From: Desulfobulbus sp.
GTDB taxonomy: Bacteria; Desulfobacterota; Desulfobulbia; Desulfobulbales; Desulfobulbaceae
Length of the DNA: 64,000 nucleotides
Reading direction: 5' to 3'
NCBI RefSeq assembly: GCF_031547805.1
Contig: NZ_JAVBRQ010000015.1
Coordinates: 4,938-68,937 of the forward strand
Shown here: positions 37,874 through 47,699 of the stretch, piece after piece
Layout: each line of letters begins with the position of its first letter
Numbering within the stretch: the first letter of the stretch is position 1
Notes under the pieces: model-generated
The model's input: the letters and a program-made list of their open reading frames with translations, nothing else
Told to the model about the DNA's origin: nothing
The model's database searches: none
Translations under genes and position numbers: made by a program

Positions 37874-39502
37874 ATGACAACCTACTGCATTGGCATCGAC
37901 ACCGGCGGCACCTACACCGACGCCGTTCTCTTGGACCTCGCTTCCGGCCGGGTGGTCGACTGGCGCAAGGAACGGACCACTCCCCACGACCTCAGCCTCG
38001 GCGTCGGCCGGGCTCTGCAGGGCCTGCTGCGGCAATCCGTCCAGGCGCGCGAGGTGGCCAGCCTGGCCGTCTCCACCACCTTGGCCACCAACGCGGTGGT
38101 CGAGGGGCAGGGCGCCAGGGTCGGCCTGTTCGTGTTCGGTCCGGTCCGCCACTTCAAGCTGCCGGTGGTGGCCAACATCTTCCTCAAGGGCGGCCACACC
38201 ATCACCGGCGAGGAGGACGAACCCCTGGACCTCGAAGGACTGGTCGACACCCTGCCGATGCTGGCCAAAGAGGTGGACAGCTATGCGGTCTGCGGGGCCA
38301 TGTCCATCAAAAATCCCGCCCACGAACTGGTGGCCCGCGAGGCCATCCGCCTGATCGATCCCAAGCCGGTCTTCTGTTCCCACCTGGTCTCCGGCCATCC
38401 GGGCATGCTCGAACGCTCGGCCACCGCCTGTCTCCATGCCAGGCTCATGCCCCTGATGGCCGACTTCCTCGCCTCGATCCAGCGTTCCATGCTGACGGCA
38501 GGACTCGATTGTCCGGTCACGATCATCTGCGGCAACGGCCGCGGCGAAGATCTGGACCGGATCGCCGACCAGGCGGCGATCACCATGGCCAGCGGCCCGG
38601 CGGCCACCGCCCGCTTCGGCGCGGCCGGCGGTTTCGACTCGGCCCTGGTGGTCGATGTCGGCGGCACCACCACCGATGTCTGCCTGATCAAGGACGGCGA
38701 GCCGTTGCTCAACCGCGAGGGTTGCGTCATCGGCGAATGGCGGACCCATGTCGAAGCGGTGGACATGTACACCGCCGGCGCCGGTGGAGACAGCCATGTC
38801 ATTGTCCACCAAGACGGCCGCATCGCCCTGGGCGGCACCAGGGTCCAGCCCCTGGCCATGACCCCGGATCTGCCCGATCCGTGCCGCTGGCTGAGCCGGG
38901 AAACCGATACCCACCTGGTCCTGCCGGTCGACGGCCTGGCCCCGGAGTTGGTACGCGAAGACGAGGTGCTCGGCTACCTGGCGCAGCACGGACCGACTCC
39001 GCCCAGCATCCTTGCGGCGCAAACCGGAACGGGCGGCATCCTCCTGGAAAAGAAGCTGGAACGGTTGATGTTTCTCCAACGGGTCGTGCTGGCGGGCTTC
39101 ACTCCCACCGACGCCCTGCACGGCCTGGGCCTGCTCGATATCGGCCAGGCAGCGGCGAGCAGAAGCGGAGCCGAGGTTCTGGCCGCCCAACTGGGAACGA
39201 CCGCCGAGGCCTTCTGCCGCCAGGTCGTGGCCGAAACCGAGCAGGCCATCGAAACCATCCTTCTCACCTATCTGGCCCGGACAGTCTGGAAGGACAGCCC
39301 CAGCGCCGCCCTGCTCAACCGACGGGACAACGACCTGTTCTCCATGCATTTTGCCGTAAAATTGCCGCTTATCGGAATCGGCGCGGCGGCCCGGTGTTTT
39401 CTTCCCGGGGTGGCCAGACGGCTGGGGACCACGGTCGCCTTTCCCGAATACTGCGAAGTGGGCAACGCGGTGGGCGCCGCCCTGATCGCCATGCGCGGCT
39501 AA
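37874..39502 (+). CDS. hydantoinase/oxoprolinase (HyuA-like, ASKHA-fold) family protein
   Basis: 542 aa with 'YCIGIDTGGTYTDAVLLD' and a second phosphate motif 'LVVDVGGTTTDVCLI'. No HyuB-like partner is present in the window. Confidence 0.75.
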   Translation: MTTYCIGIDTGGTYTDAVLLDLASGRVVDWRKERTTPHDLSLGVGRALQGLLRQSVQAREVASLAVSTTLATNAVVEGQGARVGLFVFGPVRHFKLPVVANIFLKGGHTITGEEDEPLDLEGLVDTLPMLAKEVDSYAVCGAMSIKNPAHELVAREAIRLIDPKPVFCSHLVSGHPGMLERSATACLHARLMPLMADFLASIQRSMLTAGLDCPVTIICGNGRGEDLDRIADQAAITMASGPAATARFGAAGGFDSALVVDVGGTTTDVCLIKDGEPLLNREGCVIGEWRTHVEAVDMYTAGAGGDSHVIVHQDGRIALGGTRVQPLAMTPDLPDPCRWLSRETDTHLVLPVDGLAPELVREDEVLGYLAQHGPTPPSILAAQTGTGGILLEKKLERLMFLQRVVLAGFTPTDALHGLGLLDIGQAAASRSGAEVLAAQLGTTAEAFCRQVVAETEQAIETILLTYLARTVWKDSPSAALLNRRDNDLFSMHFAVKLPLIGIGAAARCFLPGVARRLGTTVAFPEYCEVGNAVGAALIAMRG

Positions 39503-39601
39503 AGAACGACAGGGCTCGGCCGCGCCAACCTTTCTCCTTTACATCTGCCGCATCCTGGTTATCCTTGAGAAGGAATATCAGATATTCGGGGAGTAAATCG
39601 T

Positions 39602-40303
39602 ATGGATGTCCTGCTCAGTCAATTCGATACCTATTTGCAGTCCTCGCTGCTCGTATCGTTGATCATCGCCTTTCTTGGGGGAGTGCTCGCCAGCCTGACC
39701 CCCTGCATCTATCCGATGATTCCCATCACCGCCGGCGTCATCGGCCACGCCAACGTCGGCGGTTCCAGATGGCGGGGGTTTTTCCTGTCTCTGCTGTACG
39801 TGGCCGGCATGGCGCTCACCTATGCCGCCCTCGGGGTCTTTGCCGCTGCCACCGGCCGCTTTTTCGGGACCATCAACAGCAGCCCCTGGACCTTTCTGGC
39901 GGTCGGCAACGTCTTCCTCCTTTTCGGGCTGACCATGCTGGACGCCCTACCGATGCCGGCCTTTGCCAGCCGGTTTTCCTCCGCCCGCCTGGGCCTGACC
40001 GGCATATTCCTGGCCGGCGTCGCCTCGGCCCTGGCGGCCGGCCCCTGCACCACGCCGGTCCTGGGCAGCCTGCTGGCCTATACCGCCACCTCCAACAGCC
40101 TGGCCGCGGGCGGCCTGCTGCTGTTCGTCTTTTCCCTGGGCATGGGCGCGCTCCTTTTGGGTGTGGGCACCTTTTCCAGCTTCCTCTCCTCCCTGCCCCG
40201 CTCCGGGCCGTGGATGGTCCTGATCAAAAAGGCCATGGGCATTCTTATGCTGCTCATTGCCCAGTATTTCTTTGTCAAGGCCGGTTCCTTCTTCCTCTTT
40301 TAA
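39602..40303 (+). CDS. ccdA: cytochrome c biogenesis / thiol-disulfide electron transfer membrane protein (CcdA/DsbD core)
   Basis: 233 aa with 6 TM helices and two conserved Cys in 'LTPCIYPMIP' and 'AAGPCTTPVLG'. Confidence 0.8.
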   Translation: MDVLLSQFDTYLQSSLLVSLIIAFLGGVLASLTPCIYPMIPITAGVIGHANVGGSRWRGFFLSLLYVAGMALTYAALGVFAAATGRFFGTINSSPWTFLAVGNVFLLFGLTMLDALPMPAFASRFSSARLGLTGIFLAGVASALAAGPCTTPVLGSLLAYTATSNSLAAGGLLLFVFSLGMGALLLGVGTFSSFLSSLPRSGPWMVLIKKAMGILMLLIAQYFFVKAGSFFLF

Positions 40304-40355
40304 GATACTTCACTGCCCTTTTTTCCAGCCCACCTCGAACTTCCGGACATATTCC

Positions 40356-40853
40356 ATGCGCTATCTCGCAAAAAACTGCCTCCTGCTCCTGATGCTCCTG
40401 CTCCTGCCTCTCCCTGCCATGGCGGCGGCACAAATCGGCCAGCCCCTGATCCCGTTCAAGGGGATCGATCTCAACGGCCAGCCCTACGATTTGCAGTCAG
40501 TCATCGGCAACAAGCCGGTGTTTCTCGTCTTCTGGGCCTCCTGGTGTCCGAACTGCTGGTCCGAGGTGCCCAAGATCAACCAGTTGGCCGAAAAATACCG
40601 GGCACGGGGCATGGAGTTTGTGGCGGTGAACATCGGCTACAACGATTCGATCGAGCGCGCCTCAGCCTTTGTCCGCAAGACCGGCATGACCTACCCCACC
40701 TATTTCGACGGCACCAGCACCGTGGCCCAAAAATATCAGGTTCAGGGGGTACCGACGATTGTCGTCGCCGACAAACACGGCATCATCCGCTTCCGCAATT
40801 TCACCACCCCGAATATCTCCGAGGCCAACTTTGCCACGCTGATGGGGGAATAA
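40356..40853 (+). CDS. periplasmic thioredoxin-like thiol:disulfide oxidoreductase (TlpA/ResA family)
   Basis: It has the signal peptide 'MRYLAKNCLLLLMLLLLPLPAMAAA', the active site 'WASWCPNC' and 'VQGVPT'. The start was set at ATG 40356. Confidence 0.8.
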   Translation: MRYLAKNCLLLLMLLLLPLPAMAAAQIGQPLIPFKGIDLNGQPYDLQSVIGNKPVFLVFWASWCPNCWSEVPKINQLAEKYRARGMEFVAVNIGYNDSIERASAFVRKTGMTYPTYFDGTSTVAQKYQVQGVPTIVVADKHGIIRFRNFTTPNISEANFATLMGE

Positions 40854-40860
40854 GGAAAGG

Positions 40861-41286
40861 TTACGGCTCGTCGGCCGGGTCGATCACCGGGTAGGCGTCC
40901 CGGACCTCGGGGGGAATGGTCACCGGCTTACCGGTGGGCAGGTCGCAGAAAATGAACAGGGTTTCGGCGCTGGCCAGCACCACCTCGTCGCTTGGGCGAA
41001 TGAACTTGTACTTGCGCAGGGAGCGGAATTTGCGAAAATCCGCGACCCAGGTCAGGATGGCGATGGTTTCCCCGAGGTAGGCCGAATGCTGGTATTCGAT
41101 GGCATGCGACCGGATGATCCAGGTCCTGCCGCTGGCCGCGAACCGCTCCTGGGGCCAGCCCAGTTCGGCCGAGTGCGTCATGGCCGCGTCCTGCATCCAC
41201 TGCACGTACTGGACGTTGTTGACGTGGCCGTTGAGGTCGATGGCCGTGGCCGGCACCACCAGTTCTATCCTGCCGATGGCAGCCAT
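40861..41286 (-). CDS. 4HBT/YbgC-type acyl-CoA thioesterase (hotdog fold)
   Basis: 141 aa with 'IDLNGHVNNVQYVQWMQDA' (catalytic D/H region). The start was set at ATG 41286. Confidence 0.75.
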   Translation of the reverse strand: MAAIGRIELVVPATAIDLNGHVNNVQYVQWMQDAAMTHSAELGWPQERFAASGRTWIIRSHAIEYQHSAYLGETIAILTWVADFRKFRSLRKYKFIRPSDEVVLASAETLFIFCDLPTGKPVTIPPEVRDAYPVIDPADEP

Positions 41287-41287
41287 G

Positions 41288-42682
41288 TCACTTTCTCTCC
41301 TTGGCCGGCTGATCGAATCCGGCGAGATTGCGTCCAGTGGATGCCAATAGCCTTTGCTGGGCAAGGTGATAGCCGACCAGCGCCTGGGCCAGTCGGCCGT
41401 AGGTCGTCACCAGATCGCGCTGCGCCTCGTTGAGCCGAACCAGCGAGGCCTCGCCCGCCTCGTACTCGTTCCTGGCCAGATCGCGGTTTTCCTCCACCAA
41501 CTTGACGGTTTCCCGTTGCAGGCGCACCTGTTCCTGGGAGGCGGCCAACATCGCGAGATCCTGACGGATCTCGGCGGCCACGTTGTTGCGCAGCCCGGCC
41601 AGGGCGAACACCGCTTCCCGCTTGGCCTGTTCGGCCTCGACCACCCTGGCCTTGTCGGCGCCGCCGGCATACAGGTTCCAACTCATGTTCACGCCCACGG
41701 TGTTACCGAAGTCGTCATTGGTCAACCGTGCGTCGCCCTCCCGCATGCCCTCGATGGCTCCGCCCAGCTGAAATTTAGGATAAAAAGGCGCCTTGGCCAT
41801 GCCGGTTCCGGCCTCGGCCTGCTTGACCACCATCTCCAGCTGGCGGATGTCCGGCCGGATGGAGATGGCTTCCTTGATCAAGGTCTCGGCAGCTTCTTTT
41901 TGCTCGACCAGGGCGGTCTCCTTGTCCAGGGCCGCAAGCCGCAGGTGGGAGGGAAAGCTCGCATCTGGCAGCCCCAGCAAGGCCGCCAGACCGTAGCCCG
42001 CAGCCTCGAATTCCCGCTGCGAGCGGATCAGGCTGGTCTTGGCCGAATTGACCTGGACCCTGATGTTGAGCACGTCGCCCCAGGGACCGGCCCCGACCTT
42101 GAACCGGTTCTGGGCATCCTCGAGTTGTTGGCCGTAAAAGGTCGCGTCGGCCCGGTTGATGTCGATATAGGTCTGGGACAGCTGGGCATTGAGAAAGGCC
42201 TCGGCCACCGCGGTCACCAGCATCCGCTGGCTGTCCACCAATCCCGCCTGCGCCGCCTGCTCGCCGTATAGGGCCTGCCGTTCCCTGAAATCGCGATAAA
42301 AACCGTCGAACAACAGCCAGGTGGCCTGGATGCTGGAACTGTACACATCGGTGTTTTGGTCCGCCTTCCCCCCGATCAACGCGGCCAGGCCGCGATTATA
42401 CTGATAGCTGTTTTCGGAGAGATGCTGCCGGACGCCGGACCCGCTGGCATCCAGGCTGGGCCACCAGGTCGCCGCCGCCTGCCGCACCCTGGCCCGGGCC
42501 TGTTCGATGCGCGCCTGGGCGGCCGCCATGTCGGGATTTCCGCTGAGGGCGACCGCTTGCGCGATTTTGAGATCCAGCACCTTGACCTTGGCCAGGTCGG
42601 GAATCGCCGGCTGTTCCGCTGCGCGGGCGGAGACCTCCAGGCAAGAGATCAGAACCACCATTCCCACCAATATCCGTTGCAT
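41288..42682 (-). CDS. TolC-family outer-membrane efflux protein
   Basis: 464 aa with a signal peptide and two internally repeated coiled-coil/beta halves typical of OEP/TolC. No partner pump is adjacent. Confidence 0.8.
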   Translation of the reverse strand: MQRILVGMVVLISCLEVSARAAEQPAIPDLAKVKVLDLKIAQAVALSGNPDMAAAQARIEQARARVRQAAATWWPSLDASGSGVRQHLSENSYQYNRGLAALIGGKADQNTDVYSSSIQATWLLFDGFYRDFRERQALYGEQAAQAGLVDSQRMLVTAVAEAFLNAQLSQTYIDINRADATFYGQQLEDAQNRFKVGAGPWGDVLNIRVQVNSAKTSLIRSQREFEAAGYGLAALLGLPDASFPSHLRLAALDKETALVEQKEAAETLIKEAISIRPDIRQLEMVVKQAEAGTGMAKAPFYPKFQLGGAIEGMREGDARLTNDDFGNTVGVNMSWNLYAGGADKARVVEAEQAKREAVFALAGLRNNVAAEIRQDLAMLAASQEQVRLQRETVKLVEENRDLARNEYEAGEASLVRLNEAQRDLVTTYGRLAQALVGYHLAQQRLLASTGRNLAGFDQPAKERK

Positions 42683-42905
42683 CGCTCCCTCCGGTGACGC
42701 GGCGGCCTTGCGCCTCGCCGTTGCTCATCCAATCGTCCTGCTGCCTTCACGATTCGGCCGTTGTGCCGCCGGCCATGACATTTCGGCACTATAAACCACT
42801 TTTCCCGACAGATGACACAGGAAAAACGCCCCGAGATGACGGCGGAGCATCGCACCCCCGACGATCGGGCATATCCGCCCGGCTTGTCTCGGTTCGGCAG
42901 GAGCG

Positions 42906-42940
42906 AAAAAAAGCCCATGCCGGCGGACACCGACATGGGC
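42906..42940 (-). terminator. intrinsic terminator of the cyd operon
   Basis: The minus strand reads GCCCATG-n14-CATGGGC followed by TTTTTTT, about 60 nt after the small ORF's stop. Confidence 0.5.
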
Positions 42941-43001
42941 CAGGAGTTGAAAAGCGCGCCCCGAACCGCCGGTTGCGGCACACGCAGGGCGGGCGATCTC
43001 T

Positions 43002-43097
43002 TCAGTACAGTTCCAGTTTCCGCAGCAACCGGATGGAGATCAGGTAGGCCGCCGCCAGTACGGCCACCCAGGCAATCGACAAGATAACGGGCATCAT
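43002..43097 (-). CDS. 31-aa single-TM protein in the CydX/CydS position (not in the supplied ORF track)
   Basis: GGAGGA lies 7 nt upstream of ATGATG. The product is 'MMPVILSIAWVAVLAAAYLISIRLLRKLELY'. It lies 72 nt downstream of cydB and is followed by a terminator. It lacks the enterobacterial CydX Y-x-W motif. Confidence 0.45.
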   Translation of the reverse strand: MMPVILSIAWVAVLAAAYLISIRLLRKLELY

Positions 43098-43169
43098 AGG
43101 TGGTTCCTCCGAATCATTGAACTTCCCGGAAGAGGCATGCCGCCGCCTCCGGCACAAACGAGTACGATC

Positions 43170-44321
43170 TCAATACGCGGCCTTGTCGCCGGTGTCTTCG
43201 ATCCTGATTTTTTCCCGGTTCATCAGGCGCCAAACATAGGCGATGTAGGCCAGGACAAAGGGGATGGCCAGGGCCACATAGGTCATCACCTTCAAGGTAT
43301 AGTAGCTTGACGAGGCGTTATAGATGGTCAGGCTCGACTGGAGATCGGCCTTGGACGGATAAAAGGCGGTATTGTTGTAGGCCGGCAGCAGCAAAACCGT
43401 CAGGCCGATCAGCACCGTGCCGATGCCGCCCAGCCAGATGCCGCGGGTTTCCGAAGTCTTGGCGGTTTTCCACGCGCCGGTAATCAACAGCCCCAGACCG
43501 ACCACCAACAGGCCCAGCAGCCAGGGATTGGCCAGCAGATTGCGCAGGTACTTGAAGCTGACAATCTCGATCGTGCCCTTGGCATCGACAATGCCGTAGC
43601 CGCGCATGAACAGCAGCGCCCCCACGATCAGCAGACAGAACGGCAGGGAGAGCAGCAGGTTCTGCCAGCAGGCGGAACGCAGCCGGGTTTCCATTTCCGG
43701 CACCTCGCTCAATTCCAGGTTGTTGATCAGGTACATGGCGCCCAGGGTGCGGGCGTTGAACACCAGGAACAGGCCCATGGCGATGTTGAAGATCGACGAG
43801 ACCGAGGGGCTCAAGGCCGCTTCCAGGCCTCGGAACTGATGGGTCCAGGTGACGAAGTTGCTGTCGTTGAGCTGAAAGTTGGAGCCGGTGTAAAAGGTGC
43901 CGACCGCGGCCCCGATCAGGAGAATGCCGACCACCCCGTTGAGGAACAGGAACCCCTCGTACACCAGGCTGCCGAAAATGTTCCACGGCTTCCGGCGGAA
44001 TTCATAGCTCACGGCCTGGACGATGAAGGTGAACAGGATCAATACCCACACCCAGTAGGCGCCGCCGAACGAGGTGGAATAAAACTTGGGGAACGAGGCG
44101 AACAGGGCGCCGCCGAACAGCACCAGGGTGGTGAAGGTCAGCTCCCACTTGCGGCCCAGTGAATTGATGATCAGGTCTTTTTCGGTTTGATTCTTGGCCA
44201 TCTGCCACAGCAGGCTTTGGCCGCCCTGGACAAAGGTCATGGCCAAAAACAGGGCGCCGACCACCGAACAGAGCAGCCACCACAGGTGCTGCAGGGTTGC
44301 GTAATCGAGACGTTCTATCAT
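43170..44321 (-). CDS. cydB: cytochrome bd ubiquinol oxidase subunit II
   Basis: 383 aa with about 8-9 TM helices. The start 'MIERLDYATLQHLWWLL' is typical of CydB, and the gene lies directly after cydA. Confidence 0.9.
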   Translation of the reverse strand: MIERLDYATLQHLWWLLCSVVGALFLAMTFVQGGQSLLWQMAKNQTEKDLIINSLGRKWELTFTTLVLFGGALFASFPKFYSTSFGGAYWVWVLILFTFIVQAVSYEFRRKPWNIFGSLVYEGFLFLNGVVGILLIGAAVGTFYTGSNFQLNDSNFVTWTHQFRGLEAALSPSVSSIFNIAMGLFLVFNARTLGAMYLINNLELSEVPEMETRLRSACWQNLLLSLPFCLLIVGALLFMRGYGIVDAKGTIEIVSFKYLRNLLANPWLLGLLVVGLGLLITGAWKTAKTSETRGIWLGGIGTVLIGLTVLLLPAYNNTAFYPSKADLQSSLTIYNASSSYYTLKVMTYVALAIPFVLAYIAYVWRLMNREKIRIEDTGDKAAY

Positions 44322-44322
44322 G

Positions 44323-45861
44323 TCAGTTTTCCTCCGGTCCGATGTTGATCTGTTTGACCATGATGCTGATCTCGGCGATCAACAGCAGGGTGAAGAGGAC
44401 AAGAAACATAAAGAAGGTGGTCTGCACCGTACCCGCGGTCAGATTGGTCCGGGCGATGGTCACCGGCAGCAGGTCCTGGATCGACCAGGGCTGCCGCCCC
44501 ACTTCGGCCACGATCCATCCCGCCTGGGAGGCGATCATGCCCAGGACATAGGTGATGGTGCCCAGGCCCAAGAGCCATTTCTTGTGCTCCAAGGTTTTTT
44601 TGTAGGAGAAGTAGAGATAGCCGATGAAAATCAGCGGGAACAGGGTGCCCAGGAAGATCATGACGTGGAAGGCGTTGAAGGACAGGGCCACGGGCGGCAC
44701 CGCCTCCTCGGGCTTGTTCAGATAGCCGTAGCCGAGATGGGCCTTGTTCTCGTTGAACGCGGCCAGTTGCACTTCGGCGGCGGCCTCGTCGCCGGCCTTT
44801 TTGGCCTGCCGGTAAGCATCGAGGCTGGCCACCGCCTTCTTGCCGAGTTCCATCTTCTGCACCGCCCCCAAGATGTTGTGCTCGGCGTTGCCGTAGACCA
44901 GATCCTTCATGCCCGGCACAAAGGAGCCGAAGGACCGGTTGGCCATCAGGGACAGCACGCCGGGGATGTGGATATTGAAACCAGTGAAGGCGGGCTGGGT
45001 ATCGTAGACCTTTTTGTCCCGGTTGATGATGCCGAAGGCCACCAGGCCGGCATTGGTCTGTCCCTCGTAGAGCCCTTCGAAGGCGGCCAGCTTCATCGGC
45101 TGCACCTGGGCGATCTCATAGGCCGACTCGTCGCCGTTGAAGATGGTGAAGATGGAGGCGATCAAGCCCAGGGAGGCGGCGACCACGATCGAACGCTTGG
45201 CCATGAGCACATGGCGGCCGTGCAGCAGGTACCAGGAGGAAATCGAGATGACGAAAAACGCGCCCAGCATCATGGACGAGCTGGTGGCGTGGGTGAATTT
45301 GTTGACCGCATAGGGCGAGAAGGCGACCTCGAAGAAGTTCTGCATCTCGAACCGGGCGGTGTCGGGATTGAACGCCTGGCCCACCGGATACTGCATCCAG
45401 GCGTTGGCCACCAGGATCCACACCGCCGACAGGTTGGAGCCCACCGCCACCATCCAGGTGGAGAACAGATGGAATCCCTTGGAAACCCGGTTCCAGCCGA
45501 AGAACATCACCGCGAAGAAGGTGGCTTCGAGGAAAAAGGCGACGATGCCCTCGATCGCCAGGGGCGCGCCGAAAATGTCGCCGACCATCCAGGAATAGTT
45601 CGACCAGTTGGTGCCGAACTCGAATTCCATGATGATGCCGGTGGCCACGCCGATGGCGAAGTTGATGCCGAAGAGCTTCATCCAGAACTTGGTCAGCCGT
45701 TTCCATTCCTCGCTGCCGGTTCGCACGTAGATGGTGTGGTAGAAGGCGATAATCCAGCTGATGCCCAAGGTGAGCGGCACAAAAATCCAGTGGTACATGG
45801 CGGTCAGGGCAAACTGCGCCCTGGCCCAATTGACCATGCCAAGGTCCAAGTTTTCAATCAT
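44323..45861 (-). CDS. cydA: cytochrome bd ubiquinol oxidase subunit I
   Basis: 512 aa with 'ARAQFALTAMYHWIFVPLTLG', 'GDESAYEIAQVQPMKLAAFEG' (Q-loop) and 'GWIVAEVGRQPW'. Confidence 0.95.
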   Translation of the reverse strand: MIENLDLGMVNWARAQFALTAMYHWIFVPLTLGISWIIAFYHTIYVRTGSEEWKRLTKFWMKLFGINFAIGVATGIIMEFEFGTNWSNYSWMVGDIFGAPLAIEGIVAFFLEATFFAVMFFGWNRVSKGFHLFSTWMVAVGSNLSAVWILVANAWMQYPVGQAFNPDTARFEMQNFFEVAFSPYAVNKFTHATSSSMMLGAFFVISISSWYLLHGRHVLMAKRSIVVAASLGLIASIFTIFNGDESAYEIAQVQPMKLAAFEGLYEGQTNAGLVAFGIINRDKKVYDTQPAFTGFNIHIPGVLSLMANRSFGSFVPGMKDLVYGNAEHNILGAVQKMELGKKAVASLDAYRQAKKAGDEAAAEVQLAAFNENKAHLGYGYLNKPEEAVPPVALSFNAFHVMIFLGTLFPLIFIGYLYFSYKKTLEHKKWLLGLGTITYVLGMIASQAGWIVAEVGRQPWSIQDLLPVTIARTNLTAGTVQTTFFMFLVLFTLLLIAEISIMVKQINIGPEEN

Positions 45862-45863
45862 AG

Positions 45864-46130
45864 TTATTCTCCTTTGACGGGTTGAACATAGCCGGGGGCG
45901 GATCGCGTCAGTTGCTCGATCACGTAATCGGCCCGTTGCGCATCGGTGGTGAACTGAGTCGCCAGGAAATCAGGAAAGAAAAAAAATTTCAAGACCGCAA
46001 ACATGATAAACAGTTTTATAAATATTATTTTCCATAAAGTGCGGCCCACGGTCATTTGGCGGAAACCGTCGCGGTAGAAGCGGTAGATGCGGGTCACGAT
46101 CCAAGGACGGGCGGTTTTCAGGGCGGTCAT
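45864..46130 (-). CDS. DUF4492-like small membrane protein upstream of cydA
   Basis: 88 aa with 'IYRFYRDGFRQMTVGRTLWKIIFIKLFIMFAVLKFFFFPDFL'. It abuts the cydA start (2-nt gap) and overlaps the Rrf2 gene stop. Confidence 0.6.
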   Translation of the reverse strand: MTALKTARPWIVTRIYRFYRDGFRQMTVGRTLWKIIFIKLFIMFAVLKFFFFPDFLATQFTTDAQRADYVIEQLTRSAPGYVQPVKGE

Positions 46131-46612
46131 TGCACCTCGTTGCGGAGCGGGTCGGTCCGGTCGAGGCTTTTCGGCTCCAGCAAAACCTCAAGGGGAGATG
46201 TCAGACAGGTGGTCTCGGTGGCCAGCTGCTCGAAACTGACCTGGCGCAGGGTGGCGCGCAGCTGTTCGCGGGCTTTCCACCAGACGCGATGCACGGCGCA
46301 ATTGTAGCTGGCCTTGCAGCCCGAGGGCCGGGCGATGCAGTCGTTGAGCTGGATTTCGCCGATCATGGTTTCCACCACTTCAAGCAGGCTGATGGAGGAG
46401 GGAGGCCGGCTGAGGGCAAAACCGCCGCGCGCGCCCTGGCGAATCTCGATCAATCCCGCCTTGGCGAGATCCTGGGCGATCTTGGCCAGGAAATGGGCCG
46501 GAATATCCGCCTGCCGGGCGATTTCCTGCCGGCTGGCCAGGACGCCCTCGCCCTGCCGCGACAGATAAAGCATACAACGAATGGCATATTCGGCGGCACG
46601 GGTCAAGCGCAT
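46127..46612 (-). CDS. Rrf2-family (IscR/NsrR-like) Fe-S transcriptional regulator
   Basis: It has 'MRLTRAAEYAIRCMLYLS', a wHTH and the three-Cys cluster 'CIARPSGCKASYNC'. The alternative start is 46627. Confidence 0.85.
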   Translation of the reverse strand: MRLTRAAEYAIRCMLYLSRQGEGVLASRQEIARQADIPAHFLAKIAQDLAKAGLIEIRQGARGGFALSRPPSSISLLEVVETMIGEIQLNDCIARPSGCKASYNCAVHRVWWKAREQLRATLRQVSFEQLATETTCLTSPLEVLLEPKSLDRTDPLRNEVQ

Positions 46613-46809
46613 GATCGAGTCCGGCAAAAAAAGACAAATAAGATTATTTTTATCCTACATATCTGATTCGACCAGGGGTGTCAACCGACAATCCCTGAAA
46701 ACAGGGCTGGGAAATGGAGCGTCCGGGCCGAGAGCCCGCCACGGAGTGGTCCATTCGCGATTGCGCCGCAGGGGTTGACTTCCCTTGCCGGCTCGAATAA
46801 AGGAAAGGC

Positions 46810-47661
46810 ATGCAGATTGACAGCCCGAGCATAACGGCCCTGCGGGTCGCCGTCCGCCGCGCCGCCCACCAGGTGCTCGACCATCCCAGGATCTTCGACG
46901 ACCCGCTGGCCCTGCGCGTCCTGGGCCTGGATGCCGACGCCGGCCACGGCCGGAGCTGGCTGGACGACACCCCGCTGGACCGGGTGCTCCGGACCGCCCT
47001 GGCCCTGCGCAGTCGCCACGCCGAAGACACGCTCCAAGAAGCGCGGTTGCGGGGCATTGACCAATACGTGGTGCTCGGAGCCGGGCTCGACACCTTTGCC
47101 TGCCGCCATGCCGCGGTCGGCAGCGACAACCTGCGGGTGTTCGAGGTCGACCACCCCGCCACCCAGGAATGGAAGCGGCAACGACTGCACCTGGCCGGCA
47201 TTGCGGTGCCGGAACACTGCACCTTTGTCCCGGCGGATTTCGAGCGCCAAACCCTGGCGGAGGGGTTGCGCCTGGCCGGATTCGACCCTGCCCGGCCCGC
47301 CTTTTTTTCCTGGCTGGGCGTGGTCATGTACCTGACCGCCGACGCCATCGACGCCACCCTGCGCACCGTGGCCGTCCTGCCGGCCGGCAGCGGCATCGTT
47401 TTCGACTACGTAATCGACCCGGAGCTGATGTCCCCCCTGGCCCGGACCGCCTTGAACGGATTGGCAGTGCGGGTCGCCGCCGCCGGCGAGCCGCTCCGAA
47501 GCTTTTTCGTTCCCGCCCGTCTGGCCGACCACCTGCGGCAACTGGGTTTCGGCCGCATCAAGGATCTGTCCCCCGAAGCCCTGGATGCCCGTTATTTCCG
47601 CAACCGGGCCGACGGTCTGCGCGCCGGCCGACTCGCCCACTTCATGACGGCCTGGGTTTGA
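46810..47661 (+). CDS. SAM-dependent O-methyltransferase (leucine carboxyl methyltransferase / TIGR00027-like)
   Basis: 283 aa with 'ITALRVAVRRAAH', 'DQYVVLGAGLDTFA', 'VFEVDHPATQEWK' and 'FFSWLGVVMYLT'. Confidence 0.75.
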   Translation: MQIDSPSITALRVAVRRAAHQVLDHPRIFDDPLALRVLGLDADAGHGRSWLDDTPLDRVLRTALALRSRHAEDTLQEARLRGIDQYVVLGAGLDTFACRHAAVGSDNLRVFEVDHPATQEWKRQRLHLAGIAVPEHCTFVPADFERQTLAEGLRLAGFDPARPAFFSWLGVVMYLTADAIDATLRTVAVLPAGSGIVFDYVIDPELMSPLARTALNGLAVRVAAAGEPLRSFFVPARLADHLRQLGFGRIKDLSPEALDARYFRNRADGLRAGRLAHFMTAWV

Positions 47662-47699
47662 AGACCGCCATCTGTCCCGCAATGAGGAGAACCGCCAAG

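Noticed and set aside
47169-47699. N-terminal 177 aa of ORF 47169-48212
   Set aside because: It overlaps the methyltransferase gene 46810-47661 in another frame and is Arg/Pro/Gly-rich. The hotdog thioesterase sequence starts at ATG 47700, behind a GAGGAG Shine-Dalgarno.
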